A stretch of 63,822 nt of DNA, the filler included, from Choristocarpus tenellus KU-1152 (Eukaryota > Protista > Phaeophyceae): assembly GCA_964200185.2 (NCBI GenBank). It is 10 parts of 10 records of this genome, joined end to end, with 100 filler letters (N's around TTAATTAATTAA, not from the genome) between each part and the next. Parts side by side here need not be neighbours in the genome. Positions count along the whole stretch, not along the records: positions 9,266 to 15,052 come from CAXNAD020009756.1; positions 15,153 to 22,084 come from CAXNAD020007027.1; positions 22,185 to 24,702 come from CAXNAD020027142.1; positions 24,803 to 37,076 come from CAXNAD020001896.1; 6 more parts are not named here. One strand, given 5' to 3'. The position numbers and the translations under genes are program-made. Below, piece after piece: positions 12,201 through 25,400 of this stretch (position 1 is the first letter of the stretch; each line of letters starts with the position of its first letter). The notes under the pieces were generated by a model. It was not told the DNA's origin. It searched no databases and was given only the letters and a program-made list of their open reading frames with translations.

Positions 12201-14829
12201 CAGAGGGATCACACACCTCTTGAGGATCTGGGGTGTGTGTGAAGCCCTCCATGCATTCCCTAGAGTCGTCCTCGACCATTCATATGCATCGTCGCTCCTT
12301 GTCTGAACTGATGGACAAACAGGCACCACATCCAGTCCAACACGTGTCCTAGAGAAGGCAATCCATGCACCCAGTCACAGGGTAGGGTCCAGTCACCTCG
12401 AACAAGGGCTTTGTACTTCCATGTGTATTGTATCTGTGGTGAGTGCAGCATATACAACATTGACACCATCACCATCAGGATGTGCTGGGATATGCTATTG
12501 GGGGTCTATTCTTGGACAGGCCAAACGGCCCGTTGATGCATCACTTGATGTATCGAATACCCAATCATAAAATTCGGAATCATCTCTTGTCTCACCACAT
12601 CTCATCTACTGCCGCAAAAGCATAGCGATTAGTCAACACAAAGTGCGTGCTTCAGTAGAAGTGTCAAATAGCTCCAAGTTTCGGGCGACCGTTAAAGCAG
12701 CACCCAATTATAACAAACGAGCCTTCACACAAAAGAGTGAGTGGGAGTATTCCTCAGATACCGCGCCAGTACAACTAGGTCGATTTGGGTCACACCAGAA
12801 GTCTACTGCATATGCCACATAATGTACTCCTAGTTAACAAATAAGCTTGGGAGATACCTGGACAAGTTCTTTCCTTGTCCGAAATGGAACAGGTTAGAAA
12901 CAAAAGTTATCGTTTCCGTTGCTTTGCCACCGTGTGGTGACCCCTCCGTCCATGCCTAGAGCAACTTATGTTCACAGTGTGGATGGATACCACTAGCAAT
13001 GGAGGTACAAGAGCTATTTGCGCTCTGCCGAGACCTTCTCGTCGAAACAATCGAAGGCAACAAAATAACCAAAACAACGGAACCAGTGAGAACCACATGT
13101 TCCAACAATCGAGCCACACTCCGTTGGTCGATTCTTCTTCAGTTAGAAGTAGCACATTGCAGGACAAAGGGTGCAATGTTCGGTGCCACAATTCTATAAA
13201 AACATCCAAGCACATTCATTTCTGGTAAGCAGTGCGCGACCCACACGCCCCAAAGAAAGGGCAGAACAATAGGAAGTGGTTTGAAAGAAATACGATCCCT
13301 CTACTCCTGGAGACCCCAGATCTTCGAATTCCAGCGGCATCCCCCCTTCCCCACCGGAATCGACAAGAGAGTTAGTTCCTCCAAGTACCTTAGTGCAGCC
13401 AAGTCATTGCCTTCTCCCTCGGAGCGTGCAACATTGTGAGGTGCTGTGCACATGGGACCCATTCGTACTCATCAACCTGTGGCGATACCTTGCAGAATGG
13501 AGGTCGCCACGGTGTACCTTAAGATTTGGAGCTCCTCGCATCACTCTCGATCTCGGTGATATGTACCTTTGCTGAGGATTCACGATCTCCACCAACCCAC
13601 AGGACATGCGTGTGTGTGTGTTCTGATTGCTCGCCCTCTCCTCTCCAATATGCCACCTCGTCTTCTCCTCTTCTAGTTTGCACCCAGTATGTGATGTGCC
13701 ATGTTTTTTCAATCTCGGGTCCCTACATACAGAAAATAATGTTCCCACACAAACGGTATGTAAGGCGACCAGTCAATCAAGTAGTCAACATCAACCAGTC
13801 GACTTGCACCAGTATGTCTTGTCTTCCATCACGACGTCTCAGTGTTGGCATTTGCTTCCGTCTACATACCATACGTGAGGGTGGAGGGGGAAGAACATAA
13901 TGACCCTAGAAAATGGTTCAGAGTGACCGATCCTCCTCATCAAACGATCTTAATATAATAGCCTACTACTGTAGGTGACCATTTCATTAGAATTTTACAA
14001 CCACAACACTGGAGAAGGTACAATCTCCAAATACACTGTTGTAGCTACTAAGATGCTAAAATAGTAGTGAATTAAATAGTTAAAGGTTTTGTTTTATGAT
14101 CTGGGTATCCCCGTGTACCTTTCCTAACCGACCAAACCCACGCTAGTATTTTTTGGACCATTCAGAACGTAATTGGCGTAACGACCTCTCTCGGAAATTA
14201 ATCTTCTACCTACTCGATAAAAACTTGAGATTTTTAGCGAGTGTGACAGTCACCTTCCCTACAAATCTCAAGAAGTTATGTTTAGAGGTGTTATTTGCAA
14301 TGAATGGATGTTGTCTACACGCAAAATAAAAAGTTGCGTAAGCGACGAGGGATGAGGTTGTGTTTTAGGCGTAGGTTCGATACCTCAAGACAAAGAAGTC
14401 GCGTTCGCATGGATCGGATTGTATATCCACCATATGGAAGGCCTCTTCGTTCTGACCCGCTGGAACGTTGTGGTTGACGAATTGCTGGCATTGATTGGCA
14501 TGTCCAACTGGACCTACTCTACACGAGGAGCCCATTGGTGTCCACCTCCCACATAGATTCGTCCTTTGAGGGGATATGATTTTAGCAAGTCTACACATCG
14601 TCGCTATCACCACTATTGTTCTGAATGGTGTTAAGACAATTCCTCTTACCTATCCCTAGATGCAAGGGGGTGGATATTTTTAACTATCGCCATACTACCC
14701 CTATTTCAACCTATAGACCCTGTAGTAGTGTATTTGTCATACCGCCCCTCCTTACTACAACTCCTTACCTTCAATCGGAGATCTTGAAGACTGAGTTTTG
14801 TGGTTCCGGTAGAATTCGTGACGTTATGG

Positions 14830-15005
14830 TGCGTTGAAAGCTGGAGACACCAGGGAGATGGGCAACGAGGGGATTGTTAGATCCTTGGGATGCTTCTGTA
14901 GCTCCCTACCCTCAGTGCAGGACTAAGCTACGTTGTAGGCACAGGAAGGCAGAGATACAGCATAGCTGGTAGGAAAATAGTATATATATTACTGTCTTTC
15001 ACATT
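14830..15005 (+). repeat. Dispersed repeat family D copy
   Basis: AAGCTGGAGACACCAGGGAGATGGGCAACGAG...AGATCCTTGGGATGCTTCTGTAGCTCC aligns with ~7655-7830. Confidence 0.7.
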
Positions 15006-15396
15006 TTAACAGGGGATTCTCAAAATTGAGGATGGAGCGGGACTATGAGGATNNNNNNNNNNNNNNNNNNNNNNNNNNNNNNNNNNNNNNNNNNNNTTAA
15101 TTAATTAANNNNNNNNNNNNNNNNNNNNNNNNNNNNNNNNNNNNNNNNNNNNCCGCTGTGAGCAAAACCATTTTTATGCGGCATAGGGAGTAACAAAAAA
15201 ATGGAGGGGGGAAAGGACTCAAGGCTGTGGGGGACTAAGGGGGGGACAGGAGATATTTCAACTTGGCATCTGCCCATATCAGAAAAGATTAGTACTGTTC
15301 CTTCAGCCCCTCAACCTCCCATTGATCCTCACTCATAAATGTATGTGGAAAAATCTCAACCTCTCCTTCCCATTCACCATTCAGAAATATACATAC

Positions 15397-18300
15397 CTTC
15401 AGCTGCCTCCCCCTGTTTCCACAAGTCCATGGCCACTCTGTACCTCCCCGTATCCTCTGCAGCCTTTGCCTGGTATGGTGATTTTTCTGAGTCTGACATC
15501 CTGTTCCACTCCTGGTACATTGTGTGCAATAGATGAAATCAAGGGGGATACAGCCAAATTTTAAAGTTAATGTGTTGACTATTCCTTCATACATCCTGGT
15601 TGGTCCGACAGCTCTTATATCAGAACAAGAAGCAATAGGGATGGGGGACAGTACAGCCTACCCCAAGAAGATATATTCCTCAATCACAAGATGGCAAGCA
15701 CACTTTAAAACTTAAAAAAGACTTGAGCGAATCCCCTCATCTCCCTTTACTTGTTTTCTTGACCAACTCCTTCAATGACAGATCAAAACTCTGTTGAAAG
15801 ATGAGCATTTAGTCGAATTCCTAGACATAAGAGAATGTCCAGCAAATGACATCATATGCAAAATAATACAGAAATCAAACACTACATGTTCATCCTTCCC
15901 ATACCATCAAGGATCATTGCACACTCTGCCGCAATTTCCTGGGGAACAACTTCTCGCTTTGAAGACAATTATTTTACACCAATAAAACATGCCCTTCTCA
16001 CTGGTTCTGTTTTTCCTGGTGCACCTGTGCCTTGTAATATAATCAACAATATTATGTTGTATTTACTTATCAAACAAAGTCTGTAGACATCATACACATA
16101 TCCTGCACAAAAAAAAAAATTAGTCGACATTGATTTTTAAAAATTCTATCCACACGTGAACACAGATACTTACACATACACAAATATATTTATACTCCAA
16201 TTCTCAGTATGTGTGTGTGCCTTCAAGAAATATCGACTTCCTTCGGATCAGACTTGAAGTATCCCACCAGTGCAACACATATCACCACATACACACTGAT
16301 GAACAAAGAACAAAGGACAAAAGGATACCTGCCCAAGCATCTTGGACATGTCAACATTCTTGGCTTCCGGGTACTGCTCACGAAGACGCGGTCGCATAGC
16401 CTGGCTAAAGTGGAGGAATGCACTCATCGCGCGTTTGGGAGCAAGTGGGTCTTTCCTAGCCCGCTTATTGGGTACCTTGAGCGGACCATCGTACACTGAC
16501 AGTTCATGTTCGTACCTGAAAGAGCAGTGTCAAGCAAATCTTCTTTAGGCAATAGGTTGAGTGTTGAGGTAGGAGAAATTATGCATGACAACAGGTACTA
16601 AGGAATAATTCCTTGTCTCTGTGCCCATGGAAGAACTGACACTGGTGACACAGGACTCCTCACATAAAGAAGTGCACGGGTGTAGATGATTGCAAAGGTG
16701 GGATTGGGGTTGGGGTGCGGGGAAAGGTTGCATCCACCCACAGCCTAATATAATAGGTAACAATGGATAGAAGTTCAAGCAATCCTGACTCTGGGTACTC
16801 CCTGTCAAAATTATATTATGAAAACATTCTGATTTGATCGACTTGGATTTCAGGCTGAGTATTTTGTACCTCCCTACAAAAGATCACTCGTCTCATGCAA
16901 CATCCATCAAAAAACACAACACAAATTACACAAACAGATATGTCCTCCTCTCTCAGAAGACATAAACCATCTCATAGTGAGTAGAACAAGAACATCAGAT
17001 AAGGACTCCCCACCAAATTCCTCTTTTCCCTCCCCTCTACAGCATTGCCATAACCACAAAAATGGAGTTAGGGGGTGGGGCAGGGGGGGGTAAATGAGCA
17101 ATGCCACAATGTCAAGTCTGAACCATGAAAGTTGTAAAACAACTATTGACTCAAACGCATCGAGGTACTAGCCCTAACAATATTTGGTTCTAGTTATATT
17201 TTAAAGACACAAGACCGACCAATATCTGCCAAAAAATTTCAGTCAGCCTCTTGTTTTGTTTTTGTCCCAGATAATCAGAGACTCTAAAGGTTCCGACACG
17301 CTGATGAAGAAGGTGACCTTCAGAGAAACTAACTCGGAATATTGTCCCTATGGCTGCACAGTCTACCAAACTGTGCTGCTGGGTCATGAAGACCTTGCTT
17401 TGTAAAGGTAGTTGAGCGAGAGAGTAGGTTCACCCAGAACATGGAACCCCTCGACTCCATTTAGACACTGTGAGAGCCCAGAGAGGTAAAACTTGTTTGC
17501 AACTGTAAGACTCTAGATGAATTGGTCAGATCAGCAACATTCTTGGGAAGAGATTTTTCATCTTAGCCTTTGCGCAAAGGATGACACTGTTGCTATTCCC
17601 CCAAAAGAGCAAGCACCAGTAGAGGTGCAGCATCAGCCAGCCATGCCCAATCAACGAATGAGTCAGGATGGAGCACAGGATGGAGCAGACTATGCAGAAA
17701 CGATATGGACTAAGATTTGAGATGATTCTAAGTCACCGTCCCAAAACAAAGACATACACACAACAGAATTTTCACACACCATACAAAACATATCTCAATT
17801 CACACTCATATTTTGATAGATCACCGCAAAACACATCGTAAGGACATTGTTTTCAAGATCACCTTGTTTCATTATTCAAAATCAGATGGACGTATGAGAT
17901 TTGGGTGTTTTAAAACACAAACTGCTATTTTTTTAGTCAACTTCTCCAGGCATATCAAACACCGAGCCTTGAAGTAGGTTGTGCATAAACACTGGTTGTT
18001 TCATTCTTTCGTTTGTGCTTTGTATATTCTTAAGTGGGATGCCGAAATTTCTGTTAACAAAACTGTGATGTGGACACTCCATGATAATGGTTTGCAGAGA
18101 ATATGTAAGTGAAATATAAAATAGCTAAATGCTTTCATAAACACAAAAGAATTCCCACCCAAATGCATGCAAGTACTTAGGAGCACAAGTAGTGCACAGG
18201 ATGTCATCGGGTGCAATTGATATGCATAACCCAACAACATTATGTGCTGCTCTTGCCCATGAAAAAAACAAATACAGTACATCAATTCAAACAATACAGA

Positions 18301-19483
18301 CCACAGCAGGTACTGCAGAAACCCTCCCCCAACTCTTCCTTCCCTCATGGGCAGTCAATCTTCCAAATGCAAACAAAAAAAGAAGAGTAAGGAAATGAAC
18401 AGGCTTCCACTATACCTCTTTTTGTCCTCTGCTGCTTTATTAATCCAGACAGACTTGTCTTCGTTCGTGAGCTCCCTCCATTTTGCTGCAATCCCTTTCA
18501 TTATCTCAGTCACCCTTTTTATTACACAGGTATTAGGCAACGGCATACATAGAAGGACAAGAAGAGTCACAGATATTGTTGTACAAGAAGAATGACAGTC
18601 TTCTAGGTATTTGGAGAAACAAAACCACTGCACAGAAAAAACAAACCTGATTATGTATTCTTTTTTTGTCTTGATTCCAATTATAGTTAATGAGGGCTTC
18701 TTCGTGCAACGTACTGTTTAATAGCGTTAACGTTCCCTGATGTGCCATAGTCACAGTGCTCCTACAGTAAGGGGAAAACTGCAAATGAAACATTGTGTCA
18801 CTAAACCTTTAAGGAGGTGCCTAGGAATTCGGCCAATCAAGCTCACACAGCTGATGGACTGATGGAACAGATTAGTTCCCTATCGTTCCAAAATTTTCAC
18901 TCAGGGTGAGAACTCAGAGAATTCGAGGTAACACTCACTTGGAGCCCTCGGGGAGGGAGGCCTTAACGTCGTCTCTCTTGTGCATAGAAAATAGGACGTA
19001 AGCACTCCTACCCCTTCGTGGAGCGTCCGGCGCTTTCTTGTAGGGACGTTTTTTGCGACGCTTACTTCCAGGACCGACCGAAGACTCGGCAACCCCTGAC
19101 TGGTGCTCCATCTCGGCGTAGTCATCGTGGTGCTCATCTTGAAGCTCGTGGTGGATTGCGTCATGATGCCCCTCATGGTGTACATCTTCATGCCCCTCAT
19201 GGTGCCCCACATGGTGTCCCTCGTGGTTGGCATCTTCATGCCCTACATGGTGTCCCTCGTTCCCGTGGTGATGCCCCTCGTGGTGCCCTACCCCATCCCC
19301 ATCTGGATGCCCATCGATGCGCGCCTTGTTGTTACCTATATTGTGACCCTTGTGCTGCTCCCCCTGGCCACCTTCGGCAAGCCCCTTCCCTTGTTCTTCC
19401 CCATGCTGCTCTTCCATGCGAGATTCATGGTGCCCTTCATGATAGCTAGGGATCTCCGGCTTGGGTTGGTGTGGCTCTTCCAT
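15397..19483 (-). CDS. HMG-box protein (two HMGB/UBF-type boxes) with His/Glu/Gly-rich N-terminus; 3' end possibly beyond the gap
   Basis: Exons 19483-18939, 18514-18416, 16515-16329, 15511-15397 with GT-AG sites in matching phases (2,2,0). Box 1: KKAPDAPRRGRSAYVLFS...SKVTEIMKGIAAKWRELTNEDKSVWINKAAEDKKRYEHEL. Box 2: KDPLAPKRAMSAFLHFSQAMRPRL...MSKMLGQEWNRMSDSEKSPYQAKAAEDTGRY. Start codon inferred. Confidence 0.92.
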
Positions 19484-21171
19484 TTGCAAACCCGCTGCAT
19501 ATTGAGGTTGGCGCACCGGGCAAATAGATCGGGGAGCAAAATGAGAGACGTTGAAGAACTAGGGGCAAAATAAAACGCTCGGCTTGGACACGAGCTTTGC
19601 ATCGCCAGCACTCAACACCTGAAATTTGTCGTGAAAATACCCCTGCCTGACATCCCCCGACATCCAGTTCTCAAACTGTCAGACCAACATGGGACGGAGA
19701 AAGCTGGGCAACACTGTGAAACGGATCTCGGATGAAGGCAAGCTAACGTCCTGAGGTTGCGGACTGTGTTGGGGCTCATAGGCACAAGTTGAGGCAAACG
19801 GCTTACTTTTCAAAGGCAACGGGACGATCATCTGACTCCGATTACCGCAAGGAGTTGTGGTAATCACCTCTCATAGGCAGGGCTGTGACGTTTGCTTCCA
19901 CTTGAGGGGAGCTGCGATGCCCTGGCAGATTTCAAACTCGGGTTAGAACCTAACAGAGAGACGGTTGACTCTGTCCCGTGTTTAAATTTTTATATTGAAA
20001 TTGGAGCCCAAACCCCTCTCTCTCTGTGAGCCTGTTGTCCACGCTACCACTGAATTTCTTCGATAAAGGAGGTCCAGTTCACAAGCGCCCTAAATCCATA
20101 CACTTTTATATTTTTTCTTATTCATTTTTCGAGTACTTGAGTTTGTTTTTATTTGTATTTTTTGATGTTGGTCTCTTTCTCTCAATACTTCTGTTCTCAG
20201 TATGTAATAGTATTTTGTTGTACTTCTTCCAAAAAGAAACACTCCATCACTTTTACTTACAGAAATAAATACTACTGTTGAAAAGGTTTGGGTGTGTGAT
20301 CTAAACTAACACCCACACCCACCCAACAAACTTTCCTGATCACACTGTACTGCACTCACATTATTGTAGGTCACATAGTGGAGGCATCAGGTGTCCCGTG
20401 TACTAGTAATAGTAAGTAAGATTGAGTTAATCGAATAATAGGTATCGAGCTTGATCTGTATGATCGCTCGAAATAAGGGCGAACTTCTCGTAAATGAAAG
20501 CAACAAACGACACAGGACGATAAAATAAGGGGTACCGTCACCCTGGAGTGAGACTGGGTTGCTCATTTGAGTGCGTTTCTTCTGTCTTCTCGATCGAACG
20601 GCGGGTTTCCTACATCCTGGTGTTCCTCGGCCTGCGAGAGCGAAAATGAGAAGATCGCGGTTTTCGTAGTAGCAACAGCCTCCCCAATGTACAGCGAACA
20701 GAAAATGGACACTAAGGACAGAGCATCTAGACAGGAGGAAATGCAGTCCTCTGCAGTTCATACCTAAGAAATTGCAAACTTTTTCTTTTGGGGCTGGCAA
20801 CAGAAGGGAGTGGACTGTTCCTGCTTCGCCGAGCCTCTCCTTCCCTTCGGCCCAGTTAGCACATGCAAAGCGTATTGGCATTCATCAGATACAAGAGTTC
20901 TCCGGTTATTTGCAAAGTACTGCATATGTACCATGCGATAGACGGTTCATGTCGCACGTAGGGAAGAAGTATTGACGCTGTCCTTGTCGGTTGTCGTGAG
21001 AACATACGGTGATTTCTTCTGCTCCATAATTTGTGGCAAAGATATCGTGATCGAGTTGTCCTTATCTGTCGCAATCGAAAGCCTTGATCTTGGGATCTGA
21101 TTTGTGGAGCACAGACTGTTATCATCACTCACTCTGCCCACCCTTGCAAGTTTCCGACATTTTCTTCTAGT

Positions 21172-21319
21172 TCACGTGCATTTACTACCGTGCGCATTTT
21201 ACTCTCTTGTTTTAGGGAAAAAACCCTATCAAGTTACCCAAGCATCACGTGCATTTACTACCGTGCGCATTTTACTCTCTTGTTTTAGGAAAAAAAGCCT
21301 ATCAAGTTACCCAAGCATC
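21172..21319. repeat. Near-perfect tandem duplication, 2 x ~73 bp
   Basis: TCACGTGCATTTACTACCGTGCGCATTTTACTCTCTTGTTT...CCTATCAAGTTACCCAAGCA starts at 21172 and 21245. Confidence 0.95.
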
Positions 21320-21590
21320 CGTTGACCATGTGTATGAGTGTTATTGGATACCACTACTGATATTCGAGCTTCTCTTCTAGTCCACCCCCTGCTCCTCGAT
21401 TGTAAAACTCAACATATATGAGCACGTCGAGCATAGTGATCAATAGTTGCCTGTTCTTCACTTTCTTGATCCGCCGTCTTTCACGAGACACTAGACGTGT
21501 CGCTATTCTAGTGATATTATCGAGCGCCAACGCCCTACCTGTGCGCTTCCTTTCGCCCCGATTAGACTAAAGGACATACACTGTAAAAGC

Positions 21591-21638
21591 ATGGAACTTA
21601 ACCCTGTGAAGGACAATTTGCTGCTCGCCAAGGACAAG
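21591..21638 (+). CDS. Possible first coding exon (MELNPVKDNLLLAKDK) of a gene divergent from the HMG gene
   Basis: ATG in a CpG-rich region followed by AAG|GTCAAG donor-like site; weak resemblance to the N-terminus of CFAP77/DUF4483 proteins; no downstream exon found before the gap. Confidence 0.25.
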
Positions 21639-21997
21639 GTCAAGTCGTATCCCCAGAGACTAAAGGCAAAAAACAACAAACCACCTCGCAGAAAGAACGA
21701 AAAGAGAGACCCTCAAGAGCAAACGCCCAAGTGGAAGCCGCAAGAAGTTCAGAGATGTGCACTGTGAGTTGCCATGTTGTCTTGATTGCTAGAAAATATT
21801 ACTTTCCCTCGCAAGCACTTCTGCATCAACTATCTTGTATTATTTGTTGCATTGTTGGCTGGAACCTCCAACTTGCCTTGGAGAAGAAGTAATGGTGGGA
21901 TGTTTCAATCAAGAGCAAGATGAGTTCAAACTAGCAAAAGTCCCTTTTTCTAGTCCCTATGTGTCCAGGTTTCATGAGATCGTTGGCAATAGGAGAA

Positions 21998-22084
21998 GGG
22001 TCAAAGTATCTGGGGGGGAGTGTCGGCGTCCGTTTTCACACTTTTTTCGATTATTACTTTTTTGGTGTGATTTGGTCGCACGTG
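21998..22084. mobile_element. MITE family C terminus at contig end
   Basis: GGGTCAAAGTATCTGGGGGGG...GTCCGTTTT...GTGATTTGGTCGCACGTG, matching the left part of 58302-58548. Confidence 0.75.
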
Positions 22085-23689
22085 NNNNNNNNNNNNNNNN
22101 NNNNNNNNNNNNNNNNNNNNNNNNNNNNTTAATTAATTAANNNNNNNNNNNNNNNNNNNNNNNNNNNNNNNNNNNNNNNNNNNNGGCTTCATCACCACCA
22201 GTCAAGACGTGAGAACGAAGTGGATCTTCCATGTATGACATCCGGACAGAAAGTCTGTCCGTGGAATCATGGATTCTTGGCTGAGAACCTTAATCGGTAT
22301 AACGGTATATGGCATACGGCAATAACGGTATAATAACAGACAAACATGCTTTCCACACACACATATATATATATATATTTCAATTGTGTGCAAAAGTTTG
22401 TAATTTATGATAAGTGCAATATGCTGTGCCTCTAGAATTTTGCCAAATATTACCTGTGTATGTGTTACTCGTATACAAATTCCAAACAACACTGCCCTTT
22501 TGGCTAAGCAAAATCAAGAAATTATATTTCGATGTTGATGAAAAGACTATGCAACACTAATTTTTTCGTCATCATAAGTAGACAATCGGTGCATGTTTGC
22601 TACTGGGCTGTGAGACCCAACAATACCAACCAATGATACAACCCAATGCACAAGAAATATAGTCAAGGCACCCACCCAGAAAAACACAACGTATTAGAAT
22701 TTCGAAAAGTGAGGAAGGGAAGACACCACAAGAACACACACCTAAACAGTAATTGACAAGGGATTTGAGGAGTACTGCAATCTGACATGAAGTCTAGCAA
22801 GGAATAAAGGTGTTGTATTCCTGGGTGTGAAGCCAAGGAATAGAGTTGCATTTGCAACCACCTGCTCAGAAATCATTTCTACATGGATCTACACCCCACT
22901 CCATCTTGTTCTTCAAGTCTGGAAAGACGAAACAGGATATCCCTTCACTTAAGTCGGGAACAGACTACAAGGAAATAATACCCACCCAAGCACCAATTGA
23001 GGATGGGTGAAGTTGTATTGCAATCCTGGTCATGAAGTCTGACCAGGAAATGGGTTGCCATCATGACTGACCACTCTCTCCAGAAAATTTGGTAATTGTG
23101 TAGATGTGTATCTGTCAACTTCTCTATGTTGTAGTAATAGTGCATCAGACAACAGATCAGGCTGGTCCCATGCAAAAAATGAAGATAATACAAGAACAAT
23201 GGCTGCAACATACTTTAAGCTTACTAGTAGTAGCAACAATAATTTATTAACCGTCGCAACATCAGTGGCTCGTATCTCTGAAAGTGGGTGGTGATGACAG
23301 GCACTGGGTTGTGGGACAGCAGTGAGGCGAACAGGATCAAGGTGGAGAAGATACTTGGATGAGTAGAGATGGATGGTCAAGGCAACCTCAAGAAAGTGCA
23401 ATAGCTGCACCAACAAGGTGTGCCTGGATAAACCCAAACAGAAAGGAAACAGAATAGATCCGGTCAAAGTCAGACCCTTGAATTGGAAAAACTTGTAACA
23501 ATACCTAACCAATGAGAGTCACTCGTGATGACCTCAAAGAGACAATAGAGACTCAAGAGGATCTGAGATAGAGACAAAAAAATCCGTGGCAGTTCCAACA
23601 AGAAGTGGGACCAAGAATCCATAGAGAATCTGACAAGAGCTGAGACCAAGGTTTATGAGTTATCAGCATCAGTGGATCTAGTTGTGGAC

Positions 23690-23870
23690 TGTCAGCAAGA
23701 GCCTCAACCAGAGATGTGCCACTGGAGGTGTCCTCGGACTCGGAAACCAGATAAAGACATTTGGTGAAACTCTCAATCCGAGGTGTGCCATTGGAGTGTC
23801 TCTCGGACTCAGCAAACCGGAAGCACCATCATTGAGACTCTCAACCTTAGATGTGCCACCACAGGTGTTC
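23690..23870. repeat. Degenerate ~69-bp tandem repeat, ~2.5 units
   Basis: CTCAA(C/T)C..AG(A/G)TGTGCCA at 23703, 23772 and 23840; CTCGGACTC in the first two units. Confidence 0.75.
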
Positions 23871-24400
23871 TTCAAACCTGCCCTACCATGTAGTAGCACC
23901 AATAAAATAGTAGTAATGGTGGTAGTAGGAATAGAAACAATAATTGCTAATGAAAACCGTGAACTAGGAATTACATCACAGATGCGGATAATCCATGTAG
24001 TCTATGGATGGAGACAGTCAATGACGGTTGGACAATAAAGATGCACCAACAAAAGGAGTATGTCCCCTATGTAAGGTATTTAAATGGGACCTGTTCAAGT
24101 ATACCTTTTCTTGCACTTCACAAATAGCGAAAACATGTATGGCTCGCTACAGCATCGTCATGTGTGTTTGAACCCTATAACTCACTTTTGTGATAATACT
24201 CTGGAGTATATTTATAGTCTGTCAACGGAATTACACTTGTGTAGAGAGTTACATTTGTGTAGATAATTACACACGTTCGGACGAGCTTGTTGCAACAATG
24301 CTGTTGAGTGATAATCCTGTTGAATACTCCTGTGTCTCGATCACAACAACCATAATGGGCTATTGCCAACCTTCTATAGCCAGGATGAGGTAAAAGAGCA

Positions 24401-24659
24401 GAGTGAAAGTATCTTAGAGGGTATGAGCTTTGTCCTGTTTGCCCATTTGGGACTTGGCTTCCCAAGGGTTATTTATGACAATTTACCTACTCTGATATGT
24501 TTTGGAGTAGGTAAAATGTATTTGTTATGAAAAGATGTGTCCGGAATAAGGATATCGACACTTCCTAACAAACACGATAGCCAAAATTATATCAAAATTG
24601 CAACATTGGATTTTGGTCCCCAAACGGACGTGGCTCTACCCTCTAAGATACTTTGACTC
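24401..24659. mobile_element. MITE family A
   Basis: GAGTGAAAGTATCTTAGAGGGTA ... TACCCTCTAAGATACTTTGACTC; flanks AGCA/ACCA. Confidence 0.92.
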
Positions 24660-24959
24660 ACCAGGGAACAAAATTGAGTGGGAGTAACAGGGGGGGGCTA
24701 TTNNNNNNNNNNNNNNNNNNNNNNNNNNNNNNNNNNNNNNNNNNNNTTAATTAATTAANNNNNNNNNNNNNNNNNNNNNNNNNNNNNNNNNNNNNNNNNN
24801 NNCCCCCCCCCCCCCCCCCCCCCACCCACCCATCAGCATCAGAAACACAAGACGCGTACAAAGTATGTACACAACAAAAAATATTCACAATCATCTACCA
24901 TCTCGACTCCTCCCAAAATTCCCGCCACTCTTCACACATACATAATTTCCTCAACTCAC

Positions 24960-25355
24960 CGAATCGAGATCATCAGCATCATTGTGTTTGAAGACACGGA
25001 TGTGTGCTCCAGCCGATCGGCAACCACTGACAATGGACATGTGGTTCAAGCAGTCACTCACCACCAAGGTGCCCTGTCAAATACACAAAAACACACAAAA
25101 ATACTTTAATTCAACCAACCACATAATGTGCAAAACAACAGGGCAATAAAATGTACATACAGTAGTAAACGAGTTGATCTTAATCACCCATGCTCCCCCC
25201 GCCCGCCCGCCCTCAGGACAGAATGTGAGTCAAGTGCTGGTTGGTTCAGTTTGCTCCAAGGCACAACCGTAACGCTGTACGTAATGCATAACAGGCCTAG
25301 AAACCAAAACACTAACAAAAGGAAAAAAAAACAATAATCCCATTCACACATTTGC

Positions 25356-25400
<45 letters not shown>

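Noticed and set aside
19018-19573. Long plus-strand ORFs (143 and 156 aa, one very hydrophobic)
   Set aside because: Antisense shadows of the His-rich HMG exon; CAT/CAC codons read as Met/Val on the other strand.
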